Below, piece by piece: positions 48,412 through 60,547 of a stretch of DNA of 64,000 bases; position 1 is the first letter of the stretch; every line of letters starts with the position of its first letter. Under the pieces are notes generated by a model. The model was not told the origin of the DNA. It saw only the letters and a program-made list of their open reading frames with translations, and ran no database searches. The stretch comes from Nannocystales bacterium (GTDB taxonomy: Bacteria; Myxococcota_A; Polyangia; Nannocystales; Nannocystaceae). The position numbers were made by a program, and so were the translations under genes. Location of the stretch: NCBI GenBank assembly GCA_050633305.1, contig JBOEGF010000018.1, forward strand, positions 1-64,000. Direction: 5' to 3'.

Positions 48412-49161
48412 ATGACCGAAAGCTTCGTCGCACTGGCGGAGTCCGTCGTGCCGGGGTGCGCCAAGACTTGGAAGGGGGCGACCGAGGACGAAGTCGATGA
48501 GATCGAGTTCTTCGCAGCCCAGGACTTGCCCCCGTTCTATCGCTGGTTTCTCGAGACCATGGGGGAGGACATGGGGTTGCTCGGGCACGCTTACCTCGAC
48601 CTGCGCGCAAAAACCGTACTTGCGGCGTATAACACCTTCGAGGTTCGGCGAGGCGAGGGGCCTCTGTACATCGGGCGCCATCCCGAGCCCGCGTTTCCCT
48701 TTCGCCAGTTCCTCGACCTGGACGCCCCGTGCCGCGAGGACGCCGCCGTCCTGGAGGAGCCCGAAGCCGGCGGCGATCGAACCCGGGCCTTCGAGACCCT
48801 GCGGGAGCAGCTCGCGTGGGGACTGTTGGTGCGATGCCGGCTCGCCACCGCACCGCAGCAGTTCATCGGCGCCGCGTCGAGCCCAGGTGGTGACGTCGTC
48901 GACGCGTTGCAGCCGGCCTTGGCCACCCTCGGCTGGAACTCGATGTTGGACACCGGCCGCTATTGCGGGTTGTACGAACGCGGACAGGAGTTGCTGCTGC
49001 TCTCCAACCGCGTGGATCCGAAGCGGCACGAGACACTCGTCGTGCAGGCGGGCGCGGCTGATGCCGTGACGCTAAGGGCGGCGCTAGGAGAGCTCGCGGT
49101 GACGGCGGACGTGAAGGTCGAAGCGCTGCGGTGGGAGCCTCCGCTGCCCGACGCAGGGTGA
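48412..49161 (+). CDS. SMI1/KNR4 (SUKH)-like immunity protein
   Basis: GATEDEVDEIE....LPPFYRWFLETMG immediately downstream of the effector. Confidence 0.78.
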   Translation: MTESFVALAESVVPGCAKTWKGATEDEVDEIEFFAAQDLPPFYRWFLETMGEDMGLLGHAYLDLRAKTVLAAYNTFEVRRGEGPLYIGRHPEPAFPFRQFLDLDAPCREDAAVLEEPEAGGDRTRAFETLREQLAWGLLVRCRLATAPQQFIGAASSPGGDVVDALQPALATLGWNSMLDTGRYCGLYERGQELLLLSNRVDPKRHETLVVQAGAADAVTLRAALGELAVTADVKVEALRWEPPLPDAG

Positions 49162-49169
49162 GCGTGGTT

Positions 49170-49302
49170 GTGCTAGGGACCGTCGAACGAGAGCGGTCAA
49201 ACGTTGTAGCGCTCCCTGCCGATCGTCCGTTGAGTCTCCCCGCGTCGCGACCGGAGCGAGTTCGACGTGTCCGAGGGCGGTTTCCCCGTCCTCACGGTGA
49301 GT
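49170..49302 (+). repeat. Diverged direct repeat, right copy
   Basis: Starts 7100 nt after the left copy and 8 nt after the immunity gene stop. Confidence 0.85.
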
Positions 49303-49845
49303 CGAACGCGTGCTCAGCCTTTGGCTGGGTCTTGCGACGTACATCGAGTCCGTAAGCTAGGCGCACCTCACGAAGCCAGGTGCGTCTATCACCGAGTTTC
49401 CGCCTCGTTGGCGCGGAGCGAAGTCGCGCGTCGGCCCACCGCAGCAGCGCAGTCGTTGGGTCGTCATCAGAGCCTGAGCACCGCCGAGACGGGTGGCATG
49501 GGCCGGGTGTGCTCAGCGTCGTGAGGCACTGCGGCACCTCCGTCGGTCGTGGGAAGAGCCCTCGCTCCGTCGGGTCGGGGGGAGGGGCGTTTCCACCAAG
49601 CTGGGGGCTGAGGACAGCGGTATGCTTCGTGGCGTTGGACCGCAGGACGTCCAGCGCGCGGCCCGTTGTCGAGACCGGTGCCCAACACCGAAGGGTCTCA
49701 CTGTCTTGGTCTATGAGGTCCGCCTGGGTGACGTCTTGCGCTTCGAAGAGAAGCGCGCGCAGCACAGGCACTGCGTACTTTGCGTGCGCGATGGGTGCTC
49801 GCTCGCACGAAGGCATGCGTGTCACCCCATCCTCCCTGAGACCGC

Positions 49846-50423
49846 CTACTCCAGCTTCAGGATCACGTCGCCCTGATCCAGATCCGACTCGTTCTCCGGC
49901 ACCACCGCAACCACTTTCGCGGTCTCGGGCAGCCCATCACCACCGTACGTGATCCGGTTGAAGGTCTTCATCACCTCCAACAGTGCGACCGTCTGTCCAA
50001 CCTTGACCGAGTCCCCCGGGGAGACGAACGGCGGCTGATCGGGCGCGGGCCTCAGATAAAATCGACCCGACAGCGGTGAACGGAAACTCAACCCGCCTCC
50101 ATCGGCCTGTGCTTCGACTGCGGCGGCCGTGGCAGAGCCCGTCGCGACCTCGAGGTCGAGGGTCAGCATGACATCGCCGTACGCTACATGAGCAGGCGCG
50201 TTGCCCTCACGCGCGGTGACCACCCCAACCACGCCGGTAGGCGCGACGACCCGGTGCAGAACACCCAGTGTTGCGATGAACCCAAGCGTGGCGCCGGGGC
50301 GGATCAGGCTGCCCTCGTCGGGCGCCTCTCTCCAATGCCCAACGGTGGGGCACAACAGGTGAACGAGGCTTCCATCGCGCTCGATCTTGGCGACGAGTTG
50401 GGGCTCGAATGCGCGTCCGGTTT

Positions 50424-50427
<4 letters not shown>
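49846..50427 (-). CDS. Biotin carboxyl carrier protein (tandem biotinyl-like domains)
   Basis: [17 protein letters not shown] biotinylation site. Confidence 0.88.
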
Positions 50428-52157
<1,730 letters not shown>

Positions 52158-52165
52158 GATCTTGG

Positions 52166-53530
52166 TTACTCCTGCGAGAAGCCCGGGATGGCGCGGGTGT
52201 CGTACTTGTTGGAGCGGAAGGGCTCGCTGGCCAAAATCTGCTGATGCATGGCCGCGGTGGTGTGGACGCCATCGCAGACGAGGTCACCGAGGGCGGCGAT
52301 CATGCGGTCGCAGGCTTGGTCGCGGGTTTCACCGTGGGTGATGACCTTGCACAACAGGCTGTCGTAGTGCGGAGGCACGACGTAGCCCGATTGCACGTGG
52401 GTGTCGACACGAACACCTTCTCCGGTGGGGCTGACCCACTTCTCGATCTTGCCGGGGCTCGGTCGAAAACCGTCGGAGGGGTCCTCGGCGTTGATGCGGC
52501 ATTCCAGCGCATGGCCGGTGAGTGTGATGTCGTCTTGCCGCCACCCGAGTTGATGGCCCGCGGCGACGAGGATTTGCTGCTCGACCAGGTCCTTGCCGCT
52601 GCGCACCTCGGACACGCAGTGCTCGACCTGCAGGCGGGTGTTCATCTCCATGAAGCGCAGCACGCCGTCTTGGTCGAGCAAGAACTCCATCGTGCCTGCG
52701 CCGACATACCCGATGGCGGCGGTGGCCTTGGCGGCGGCGTCGAGACTTGCTTGGCGGACGGCGTCGTCCAAGACCGGGGAGGGGCTCTCTTCGATGAGCT
52801 TCTGGTGGTTGCGCTGCACGGTGCAGTCGCGCTCGCCCAGGTGCACGACGTTGCCGTAGCGATCGGCCATCACCTGAATCTCGATGTGACGGCCGCCCTC
52901 GATGAGCTTCTCCATGTAGACCCGCGGGTCTCCGAAGGCGGCGCGAGCCTCGGCTTGGGCGTCGGCGTAGGCGGCAGCAACCTCATCGCCGCTGCGAGCG
53001 ATCCGCATGCCGCGACCGCCACCACCACTCTCGGCCTTGATGAGCACGGGGTAGCCCGTGGCATCGGCGACGCGGCGAGCATCGTCAGCGTCGGCGAGGA
53101 TCCCGTCGCTACCGGGGATGAGCGTGAGTCCAGCTTCGCCCATCGCTTTCTTGGCGGGCGTCTTCTTGCCCATCAGGTGCATCACGTGGGCGGGGGGCCC
53201 GAGGAAGGTCAGGCCGTGCTGTTCGCACAGCGCCGCGAACTGAGGGTTCTCCGCGAGGAAGCCCCAGCCTGGGTGGACGGCGGTACATCGCGACTGCCGA
53301 GCCGCTTGCACGACCTTTCCGAGGTCGAGGTAGCTGTGTGTGGAACGGGCAGGGCCCAGACACACGACTTCTCGGTCCTTCAGGTACGCCGCGCCGAGAT
53401 CGGCCTGTGAGGCCGCAAACACGGGCGTGATGCCCATGGCGTCGCAGGCCCGCGCGATGCGGACCGCAACTTCGCCTCGGTTGGCGATGAAGAGCCGGTG
53501 AAACAGACGAGGCGCACCCGCAGACGTCAT
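52166..53530 (-). CDS. accC: Biotin carboxylase
   Basis: [44 protein letters not shown]. Confidence 0.92.
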   Translation of the reverse strand: MTSAGAPRLFHRLFIANRGEVAVRIARACDAMGITPVFAASQADLGAAYLKDREVVCLGPARSTHSYLDLGKVVQAARQSRCTAVHPGWGFLAENPQFAALCEQHGLTFLGPPAHVMHLMGKKTPAKKAMGEAGLTLIPGSDGILADADDARRVADATGYPVLIKAESGGGGRGMRIARSGDEVAAAYADAQAEARAAFGDPRVYMEKLIEGGRHIEIQVMADRYGNVVHLGERDCTVQRNHQKLIEESPSPVLDDAVRQASLDAAAKATAAIGYVGAGTMEFLLDQDGVLRFMEMNTRLQVEHCVSEVRSGKDLVEQQILVAAGHQLGWRQDDITLTGHALECRINAEDPSDGFRPSPGKIEKWVSPTGEGVRVDTHVQSGYVVPPHYDSLLCKVITHGETRDQACDRMIAALGDLVCDGVHTTAAMHQQILASEPFRSNKYDTRAIPGFSQE

Positions 53531-53733
53531 CGCGGCGGACACTAGCAGGGCGGGCCGGTCCTGGCGAGATGGTAACGGCCCCGCGGATCGACGCAGACGC
53601 ACGGACGGAAGGCTCGCCCTGCCCCCGAATCGTCTGTAGAGGACCTTTCACGGGCCCGAGGCCGACCCGGTGGAGACGGGGGGGAACGACGGCTGCTGCG
53701 GTGGCCGTTTCCTCGCGGGCTCCCGCCCGCGGT

Positions 53734-54330
53734 TCACCGGAACATGTTCCGCAGGAACATGCCGACCCGTCGAAGAAGCTCGTCGGACGCTGGGTCTCGG
53801 AGGTCACCTTCGAGCCAGGTCGGGCCCATGCCTGGGCTCGGCGCGAGGCCGTGGTTGAACCGGGTCTTGGCGTCGCGCAGGCTCTCGGCCTCGGCATGCT
53901 TCTGCGAGAGACTCAGCCCGCCGCTGCGGACGAATTCCAGGACCGCTGGTAGCTCGCCGTAGTCGAAGAACGTGCCATGGCGGCGGCACACGTCGACCAC
54001 GACCCCGGAGATGGTGCCGAAGTTTCTCCGCAGCATCGCCTGCTTGCAGTGAGGGCAGTGCCGGTAGACGACCTTGCTGGTCACCAGCCCCACCGGCATG
54101 GTCTTCCTGCGAACGGCGTCGAGCGACGAGGGGCGGGCCGACTGCGCCGCAGAGTGCAGCAGTTGCCCGAGCGTGTCGCGGTCAACCCAGACGCCCGCGC
54201 ACGTCTCGCAGGCCTGGACCTGGACCGGCTCCTCGGGGGAGGGCCGGTACGGACTGTTGGACCGCGGCGGCCACAGGCGCAGGGGCGTACCGTCGGCACA
54301 CCCTGGGCACAGCAGTCGAGGCTCGGTCAT
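53734..54330 (-). CDS. Double zf-TFIIB-like zinc-ribbon protein
   Basis: CPGC..CETCAGVWVD and CPHC..M..DVCRRHGTFFDYGEL. Confidence 0.82.
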   Translation of the reverse strand: MTEPRLLCPGCADGTPLRLWPPRSNSPYRPSPEEPVQVQACETCAGVWVDRDTLGQLLHSAAQSARPSSLDAVRRKTMPVGLVTSKVVYRHCPHCKQAMLRRNFGTISGVVVDVCRRHGTFFDYGELPAVLEFVRSGGLSLSQKHAEAESLRDAKTRFNHGLAPSPGMGPTWLEGDLRDPASDELLRRVGMFLRNMFR

Positions 54331-54359
54331 AGGGACAGGTTACCAGCGAAACGCAGGGT

Positions 54360-56315
54360 TCATTCCGCCGCGGCGACTTCCACGGGGATCCCCGTCATCG
54401 TCAGTTGTCCGCTCACCCGCTCGATGTGTTCCGGGCCGCTCGGCAGAATGTCGTTGAGGCTCACGCCGTGCACGCCGTGGGGCATCACAACCGTACCTGG
54501 AGCGACGTCGGGTTGGGCGAGGACGCTGACCCGCATCGCTCCCGCGGATGTACGCAACTCGATCCGAGCGCCGTCGTCGAGCTCTCGCGAGGCGAGGTCG
54601 TCGGGGTGCATCCACGCGGATGCCTCCGGTTCACCGTCTCGCTGACCACCGTGGAGCCAGCTGTTGTGCCCCAGTCGTCGGCGTCGGCCGATCAGCCGCA
54701 GGCCGCCCACGGCCGGCTCGGGGGTGGTCTCGAGTCGCTGGAACTCCGCGGCGATGTCCTGGTTCCAAAACGTCACGCGGTTGCGTTGAAGGTACCGGCC
54801 GGGACGGGCCGACGGTAATGGAACGCCTGCGGCTGGAGCTGGAAACCACCGGGACAGGTCCTTTCGAAGCAGAGGCCACAGGGGTCCTCCAAGCCGCAGC
54901 CGGGTGGCGAGCTCGGCGAGAATCTGCGAGTCGTGTCGCGCTTCGCCTGGGGGCGGCATCAGCGGCCCGGACAGCTGCGCCCGGCCTCGTGCCTGAAACG
55001 GGATCGATGCCAGGCCGATGTCCCAGCGCTCCAACCAGCTCGTCGCAGGCAAGAACACGTCTGCATGGGCAGCTGTTCGACTCTCGAACATGTCGATGCA
55101 CGCGAGGAAGTCGAGCTGCGTGATCGCCTGCTCGAGCCGGGACCCGCCAGGAATCGAGCGGAGAGGGTCGCCACCGATCACGAGCAGCGCGCGGATGCGT
55201 TCGTCGCCGTCGGTGAGAATCTCATCCGCCAGGATCCCGCCGGGCAGCGAACGCACCGTGGACCGAAAACCACCGACGCGAGCGTGGGTTTCGGCGAGCA
55301 GCCCCGAGCGCCTGGCAATCCAACGGACGGGAGCACTGGTGCCTGCGAATACCGACCCTCCTTTCGCGTCGAGGTTTCCCGTCGCGTAGGCGAGGGCTTG
55401 CATGAGCACGTAGGCGATGGTCCCAAACCCGCTCATGTTTACGCCCACGCTCATGTGGAACGCGGTGCGATCGGAGCGCTCGAGGTCGGCTACGAGGGCC
55501 TCAAACGCCTCTTCGCTGATGCCTGTGCGCCGCAGGCATGCGTTCGCATCCACCTGTTGCGCGGCATTGAGGAGGTCTTCGAACCCCTCAACGCGGTCGG
55601 CCCGGTACGCGGGTCGTCCCACGCGTGCCAGAAGAGCGAGCAACAGCCAGGCATCGGTCGCTGGACGAATCGGGAGATGTCGCCCCCAACGTCTTGCGCT
55701 CTCGGTCCGTCGTGGGTCGACCCAGACGATCGTCCCGCCTCGTTTCTCGATGCCCCCGAATGCACCCGCGCTGCCTCCCTCGAGGTGCACGAAGCTTGAC
55801 TGGCTGACGTAGGGGTTGGAGCCGAATACGACCGCGAGGTCCGCGTGTTCGAAGTCGGGAATGGGGTGCACGAACGGGTTGCCGTGCACGAGCCGGCCGG
55901 CGGCGAACTTGTTGTTGCAGTCTTGGCTTCCCGCGAAGAACACGTTGCGGCTCCCGAGTTGCCCGACCATGTGCACGATCGCCGCAACGCCCAAGCTGTT
56001 GAACGCCATCGGGTTGCCGAAGTAGATGCCGACGCTGTGGGGTCCGTACTGCTTGCGAAGCCGGGCGAGCGTATCGGAGACGGAGTCGAGCGCTTGGTCC
56101 CAAGACGCCCGCTCTTGGCCGATTCTCGGGTAGACCACCCGGTCCGGGTGCGTAGCGACCTCGACGAAACGAGTTCCCTTCGCGCACGCAAACCCCCTGC
56201 TTGCGGGGTGATTCTTGTCTGGCCTGAGGCCTACGAGCGTGCCGGCTTCGTCGCGCTTGGCCACAAGACCGCAGGCGGCTTCGCAGATCCGGCAGAAAGT
56301 GTGGGACCGCTGCAC
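54360..56315 (-). CDS. Molybdopterin-dependent oxidoreductase
   Basis: CRICEAACG...CAKG Fe-S motif, GSNP, DPRRTE, C-terminal molydop-binding domain (HNSW, MHPDD, PHG). Confidence 0.9.
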   Translation of the reverse strand: MQRSHTFCRICEAACGLVAKRDEAGTLVGLRPDKNHPASRGFACAKGTRFVEVATHPDRVVYPRIGQERASWDQALDSVSDTLARLRKQYGPHSVGIYFGNPMAFNSLGVAAIVHMVGQLGSRNVFFAGSQDCNNKFAAGRLVHGNPFVHPIPDFEHADLAVVFGSNPYVSQSSFVHLEGGSAGAFGGIEKRGGTIVWVDPRRTESARRWGRHLPIRPATDAWLLLALLARVGRPAYRADRVEGFEDLLNAAQQVDANACLRRTGISEEAFEALVADLERSDRTAFHMSVGVNMSGFGTIAYVLMQALAYATGNLDAKGGSVFAGTSAPVRWIARRSGLLAETHARVGGFRSTVRSLPGGILADEILTDGDERIRALLVIGGDPLRSIPGGSRLEQAITQLDFLACIDMFESRTAAHADVFLPATSWLERWDIGLASIPFQARGRAQLSGPLMPPPGEARHDSQILAELATRLRLGGPLWPLLRKDLSRWFPAPAAGVPLPSARPGRYLQRNRVTFWNQDIAAEFQRLETTPEPAVGGLRLIGRRRRLGHNSWLHGGQRDGEPEASAWMHPDDLASRELDDGARIELRTSAGAMRVSVLAQPDVAPGTVVMPHGVHGVSLNDILPSGPEHIERVSGQLTMTGIPVEVAAAE

Positions 56316-56487
56316 GACCGCAGGGTATCGCGCCGCTCCGGGCTTCCGTCTGTCGCGGCTGGGATCTGAAGCACAGCGTGGGATGGAACGCCGATTTGTT
56401 GTCGGGCTGGGTCGTCATCACACGGCGACGACCGGGGGCCGCGGGCAGCCGTTGCCCAGGCCCGCGCGGGAGGGCAAGCTCAACGCG

Positions 56488-56979
56488 GTGGTGCGGTTGC
56501 TCGTCGGCTCGGTGCTCGCTCTGTCGCTGCTCGCTTGCGCGCCGCAGTCGGGCCTTGTGCTCGAAGAAGAGATGCCAGATGCGACGGGCTGTGACGATGC
56601 TTTCTGCAAGAGCGGACTACGGGTCGCCCTTGTGAGTCCCGTCTTCATCCCGGGTGCGTACTCCTTCGTCTCGAGTGCGGATGGCGTGGAGACAGCCTGC
56701 GACTTCGTGGTCGGTGGGTTGGAGGATGGCTGCGGACCCGGCGGTCCTTGCCTGCTCGACGACGACTGCGACGCGACGGCCAACCTCTCGTTTTCGCCCC
56801 ACAGCGTTGTGGTGCAGGTCGGGCCGGGCGCGCCCGAGTTGGTCGAGGTCACGCTCTACCGCGGCGGTTCACCGATCGCAGCGAGCAGCTTCGCACCGGG
56901 GTACCAAATCTACGAGCCAGGGGGTCCGGGCTGCGAACCGGTCTGCGAGATTGCCTCCGCGCAGCTCGACATCCCGTGA
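56488..56979 (+). CDS. Cys-containing lipoprotein
   Basis: LLAC lipobox and C-terminal PGGPGCEPVC. Confidence 0.7.
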   Translation: MVRLLVGSVLALSLLACAPQSGLVLEEEMPDATGCDDAFCKSGLRVALVSPVFIPGAYSFVSSADGVETACDFVVGGLEDGCGPGGPCLLDDDCDATANLSFSPHSVVVQVGPGAPELVEVTLYRGGSPIAASSFAPGYQIYEPGGPGCEPVCEIASAQLDIP

Positions 56980-57091
56980 GAGCGGCTCGACCTGGGCCGC
57001 AACTGCCGCACCCGAGCGCTGCGCGAGCCCCGATGCGGAAAGCGCCTTGCGCCAGGGCTCCGTTCGTGGTCCGTTGGTTTCAGGCCTGCAC

Positions 57092-57595
57092 ATGAGCACC
57101 CAGAACGTCGACGTCGAAAACCTCGAAGTGACCGGAAAAAAGCCCGAAGGAGACAGTGCCGAAGCGCTGAACTTCGCGGATGACGTCACGATCGTGGTCG
57201 CTCAGGCGTTCGGTCCGACCGGGGAGAACCTCGTCGGTGTCACGGACGTCAAGTTCGACGGGTTCTCGGCGATCAGCCTCATGGTCCGCAGTGGCGACCG
57301 CGAAGAACTCGTCCACCTGAGCCCGATCCATGGCGACGGCCGCAAGAAGGGACTCGACGGCCTCGCCAAGGGCTCCAAGTGCGAGCTCTTGTGCCCCGTC
57401 AGCAAGAAGCCCCTCGACCGCATTGGCAAGGTCGTCGATGACGGCGACGCGGAATACTTCGCCATCTACCTCACACCTAAGCTCGACCGCGGCTCCACGA
57501 TCTACATCAGCGATGTCTGGGGACACCATCACTCCCGCGTCGTCGACAACAACGAACTCATCTCGTATTGGGCTGCCACCGAAGACAACGCCTGA
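57092..57595 (+). CDS. Hypothetical protein
   Basis: Strong GC3 codon bias; HLSPIHGD, CPVS, WGHHHS. Confidence 0.75.
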   Translation: MSTQNVDVENLEVTGKKPEGDSAEALNFADDVTIVVAQAFGPTGENLVGVTDVKFDGFSAISLMVRSGDREELVHLSPIHGDGRKKGLDGLAKGSKCELLCPVSKKPLDRIGKVVDDGDAEYFAIYLTPKLDRGSTIYISDVWGHHHSRVVDNNELISYWAATEDNA

Positions 57596-57614
57596 GCGGA
57601 CTTGGGGGAGGCCG

Positions 57615-57944
57615 CTGTGGCGAGCGCTGGCGGTCGTGTACACCGCGGGGCTCCTGTTCTTGCTGTGGAGTCCTCCGTCGGGACAACCGCAGCTGTTTCC
57701 GCACGACGACAAGGTCTTTCATTGCCTGTCGTTCTGCGGCATCGGAGCGAGCTGGTGGTGGGCGACACGCCGTCCACCAGCCGTGTTGTTCATCGGCGGT
57801 GTTCTGGCCGTGGTCTCCGAGGTCGTCCAAGGCATGCTGCCTTGGCCTCGAACCACCGATGTTCTCGACATGCTCGCCGACGTCACGGGGGTGGCGATCG
57901 GAATGGCGGTCGCACGTGCGTGGGGCTCTCACCGCGACGTTTGA
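57615..57944 (+). CDS. VanZ-family membrane protein
   Basis: DKVFH..F, SEVVQ, R..D..D..ADVTG. Start uncertain. Confidence 0.8.
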   Translation: MWRALAVVYTAGLLFLLWSPPSGQPQLFPHDDKVFHCLSFCGIGASWWWATRRPPAVLFIGGVLAVVSEVVQGMLPWPRTTDVLDMLADVTGVAIGMAVARAWGSHRDV

Positions 57945-59401
57945 GCGCGGGCTCGAAACCGGTCGATGAACCATAGGCTTCCGCCGTAGCCGAGGCCGAA
58001 CGCAGCGAACGCGAGCGCTCGGCCCGGCATGCTGGAGAGCGACACGCCGCTCGCACCCGTGACGACGGCCGCGACCCCGAGCCCGATGAGGCCTGCGAAG
58101 ACCGGTGACGCCGTGACGGTGTCGATTCCCCAGACCCCCGCGAGGCGGTGGAGCAGGACCGCCTGCGCGATGGCCTGGCATAGGTATGCCGTCACGACGG
58201 AGAGTGCGGCCCCCACGAGGCCGAACTGCGGAATGGCGACGAGTCCGACGGCGAGCAGCACCGCGATCGTCATCAGGATGTTGAGCAGGTGCAGGCCGGA
58301 GTGCCCGCGCGCGTACAGGGCGACACCCGACAAGCCTACGGTGCTCACCACCAACCAGCCCGAGGCAAGGATGAGAAGCGGTGCGCTCGCTTGCGCGAAC
58401 TCTTCGCCGAACAGGGTGAGGACGTCGCTGGCAAACAGGAACAGAAACGCAACGACCGGAACTTGAAGCGACGAGACCAGGAACGAGGCTCGGGACAGCA
58501 CCTTCTTGAGCCTGGTGGACGAGACCGCCGGCTCGGCCGCAATCGCCGCGACGATGGGATCGAAGCTGCGGCGAATGGCCCGTAGGGCGTTGCTGATCTT
58601 GGTCACGATGCCCCACACCCCCGCGAGGCCGAAGCTCCCGGTGAGTGCTTCGATCAACAAGACGTCGAGGCGCTGGAGTGCGGAGTTGGAGACCTCCGCC
58701 GCCCACATGGGCACGGCGAAGCGGGCGAGGCCTGGAGGCGACGCCGTGCCGTTGGGTCGGCCTCGAAAACATCGCCGAAAGCCGACCGCTGCCGCTGTGA
58801 GGGCGAGCAGGTTCGATGCGAGGTACGCGACGCCCAAGCCGACCTCGAGGAATCCCGTCGCGGCGAGCCCGAGCGCGAACAGGGGGAACGCAACAGGGGC
58901 CAGCACATCCTTGACGATGACGTTCGTCTGCATGCGACGGGTGCCCATCGTCGCGTGTGTGAGGAGCTCGATCGCGACCAGGACCGGCAGGGAGAGAATC
59001 AACAGACGCAGCGTCGCGGCAGCTTCGGGCGGGCGACCCTGCGCGAGCATCTCCTGAGGTCCGACGAAGGCCAGGACGAGCAACACCACGACCGTCGAGG
59101 TTCCGACGCCGCGCAGCGCAGCTCGACGGAGCAGTGGAAGTGGCGAGCGGTCCTTCTCCCGCGGGATCCACCACAGCAGCGCCTTGTCCATGCCGACCAG
59201 GCTGACGCGCAAGAGCAGCAGCGTGATCGCTTGCGCCACATAGAACAGACCGAAGCGCTCCGTCCCGTACAGGGCCGCGACGGTGACCAGCAGGACAGGG
59301 TCGGCGAGTTTGAACAGGTTGCCGAGCAGATTGATCGCCGCTCCCCGACGGAGATCACGTTGATCCGCGCCCGCCGGGTCTTCGGTCTCGTTGGGGGTCA
59401 C
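57929..59401 (-). CDS. Polysaccharide flippase (MOP/Wzx-like)
   Basis: 12-14 TM segments; YGTERFG, RLDVLLI, FGEEF, IPQFGLVGAA. Confidence 0.85.
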   Translation of the reverse strand: MTPNETEDPAGADQRDLRRGAAINLLGNLFKLADPVLLVTVAALYGTERFGLFYVAQAITLLLLRVSLVGMDKALLWWIPREKDRSPLPLLRRAALRGVGTSTVVVLLVLAFVGPQEMLAQGRPPEAAATLRLLILSLPVLVAIELLTHATMGTRRMQTNVIVKDVLAPVAFPLFALGLAATGFLEVGLGVAYLASNLLALTAAAVGFRRCFRGRPNGTASPPGLARFAVPMWAAEVSNSALQRLDVLLIEALTGSFGLAGVWGIVTKISNALRAIRRSFDPIVAAIAAEPAVSSTRLKKVLSRASFLVSSLQVPVVAFLFLFASDVLTLFGEEFAQASAPLLILASGWLVVSTVGLSGVALYARGHSGLHLLNILMTIAVLLAVGLVAIPQFGLVGAALSVVTAYLCQAIAQAVLLHRLAGVWGIDTVTASPVFAGLIGLGVAAVVTGASGVSLSSMPGRALAFAAFGLGYGGSLWFIDRFRARAQTSR

Positions 59402-60546
59402 GCAGGAATCTCGCGGTAGACCTCGGCGTACGACGCGGCCACGCGGTCCCAACTGAAGCGGTCCTCGGCTTCGCGTCGAGCCGCCGACGCGAGCGATGCC
59501 GCCAGCGCCGTGTCGCCCCGGAGCCGCTGGATCGTCTGCGCAAGCGCTTCAGGGGCTTGAGCAAAAGTGATCAACGCGGTCTCACCTTGGGTCACAAGCT
59601 CGGGGATCGACCCGCGGTTGGTTGTCACGATCGGGGCGCCAACCGCCATCGCCTCGGCAATCGCGTTGCCAAAGCTCTCTTCCCAAGATGGAAGCACAAC
59701 CATCGAGGCGGTGGAGATCAGCTCGCAGAGCTCCGCCTCGGGAACCCAATCCCGAATGGTCACGCGTTGGGTCAAGCCGAGCTGCTCGATACGTGCCCGC
59801 ATCTGGGGCAGGGCCGGACCGCGGCCGACGAGGACAGCCGGTGGAGGATCGGGGAGTCGGCCGAGCGCTTCAACGAGGTCGAGGACGCCCTTCTCTTCGG
59901 CGAAGCGGCCGAAGAACAGCAGCTGCTCGGAACCTGGCGGCTGCCAGCGATGCTCGAAAAACACGCGCTCGACGCCGTTCGGCACGACGCGGATTCGCTT
60001 GGGGCGAAGTCCGAACACTCGTCGAAGGCGCGAGGCGGAGTCGCGACTGGTGGGGCAGTACCGGTCCGCCCCGGCCAACGCGATTCCCAAGGCAGCGTAT
60101 TTTCCATGCAGGAGCATGTGACGCATCCGCGCGACCGGCCGACGCCAGGACCCGTCGCTCATCGACGCGGGGAAGGACGGGTACCGGGGGGTCACCACGA
60201 ATGGGCCCGAGAACACCTTGCGGTGCCCCGCTGCGACCGCCGCCTCTTCGCCGTTGGAATGGACGACGTCGGGCGCCAGCTTCTCGAGTTCGGATGCGAC
60301 GGAGAACGAGGAGAGCGGACGCAACCACGACGATGGTCGGCTGCGCATCGCGACCAGCTTCGCCCACCGCACGCCATACGGAAGGTCGCTCGGGACACGG
60401 ACTTCTTCCCCGGGGGCCCGCGTGTAGACCACATCGACCCGGTGCCCCGACCGCGAGAGCGCGCATGCGAGGTTGTGGGCGGAGCGCTGTGCACCACCGG
60501 AGTACGCGGACCAGGGGGAGAAGTTGACGGTGAGTGCGACGTGCAT
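59398..60546 (-). CDS. GT4 glycosyltransferase
   Basis: SGGAQR, VPNGV, GRFAEEKG, ESFGNAIAEAMA. Confidence 0.92.
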   Translation of the reverse strand: MHVALTVNFSPWSAYSGGAQRSAHNLACALSRSGHRVDVVYTRAPGEEVRVPSDLPYGVRWAKLVAMRSRPSSWLRPLSSFSVASELEKLAPDVVHSNGEEAAVAAGHRKVFSGPFVVTPRYPSFPASMSDGSWRRPVARMRHMLLHGKYAALGIALAGADRYCPTSRDSASRLRRVFGLRPKRIRVVPNGVERVFFEHRWQPPGSEQLLFFGRFAEEKGVLDLVEALGRLPDPPPAVLVGRGPALPQMRARIEQLGLTQRVTIRDWVPEAELCELISTASMVVLPSWEESFGNAIAEAMAVGAPIVTTNRGSIPELVTQGETALITFAQAPEALAQTIQRLRGDTALAASLASAARREAEDRFSWDRVAASYAEVYREIPA

Positions 60547-60547
60547 G

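Noticed and set aside
49292..49825. 177-aa minus-strand ORF
   Set aside because: No recognisable motif or clear translation signal, so it was not called as a CDS.
53555..53585. Possible third, inverted copy of the 29-nt repeat
   Set aside because: The similarity is too weak and gapped to support.
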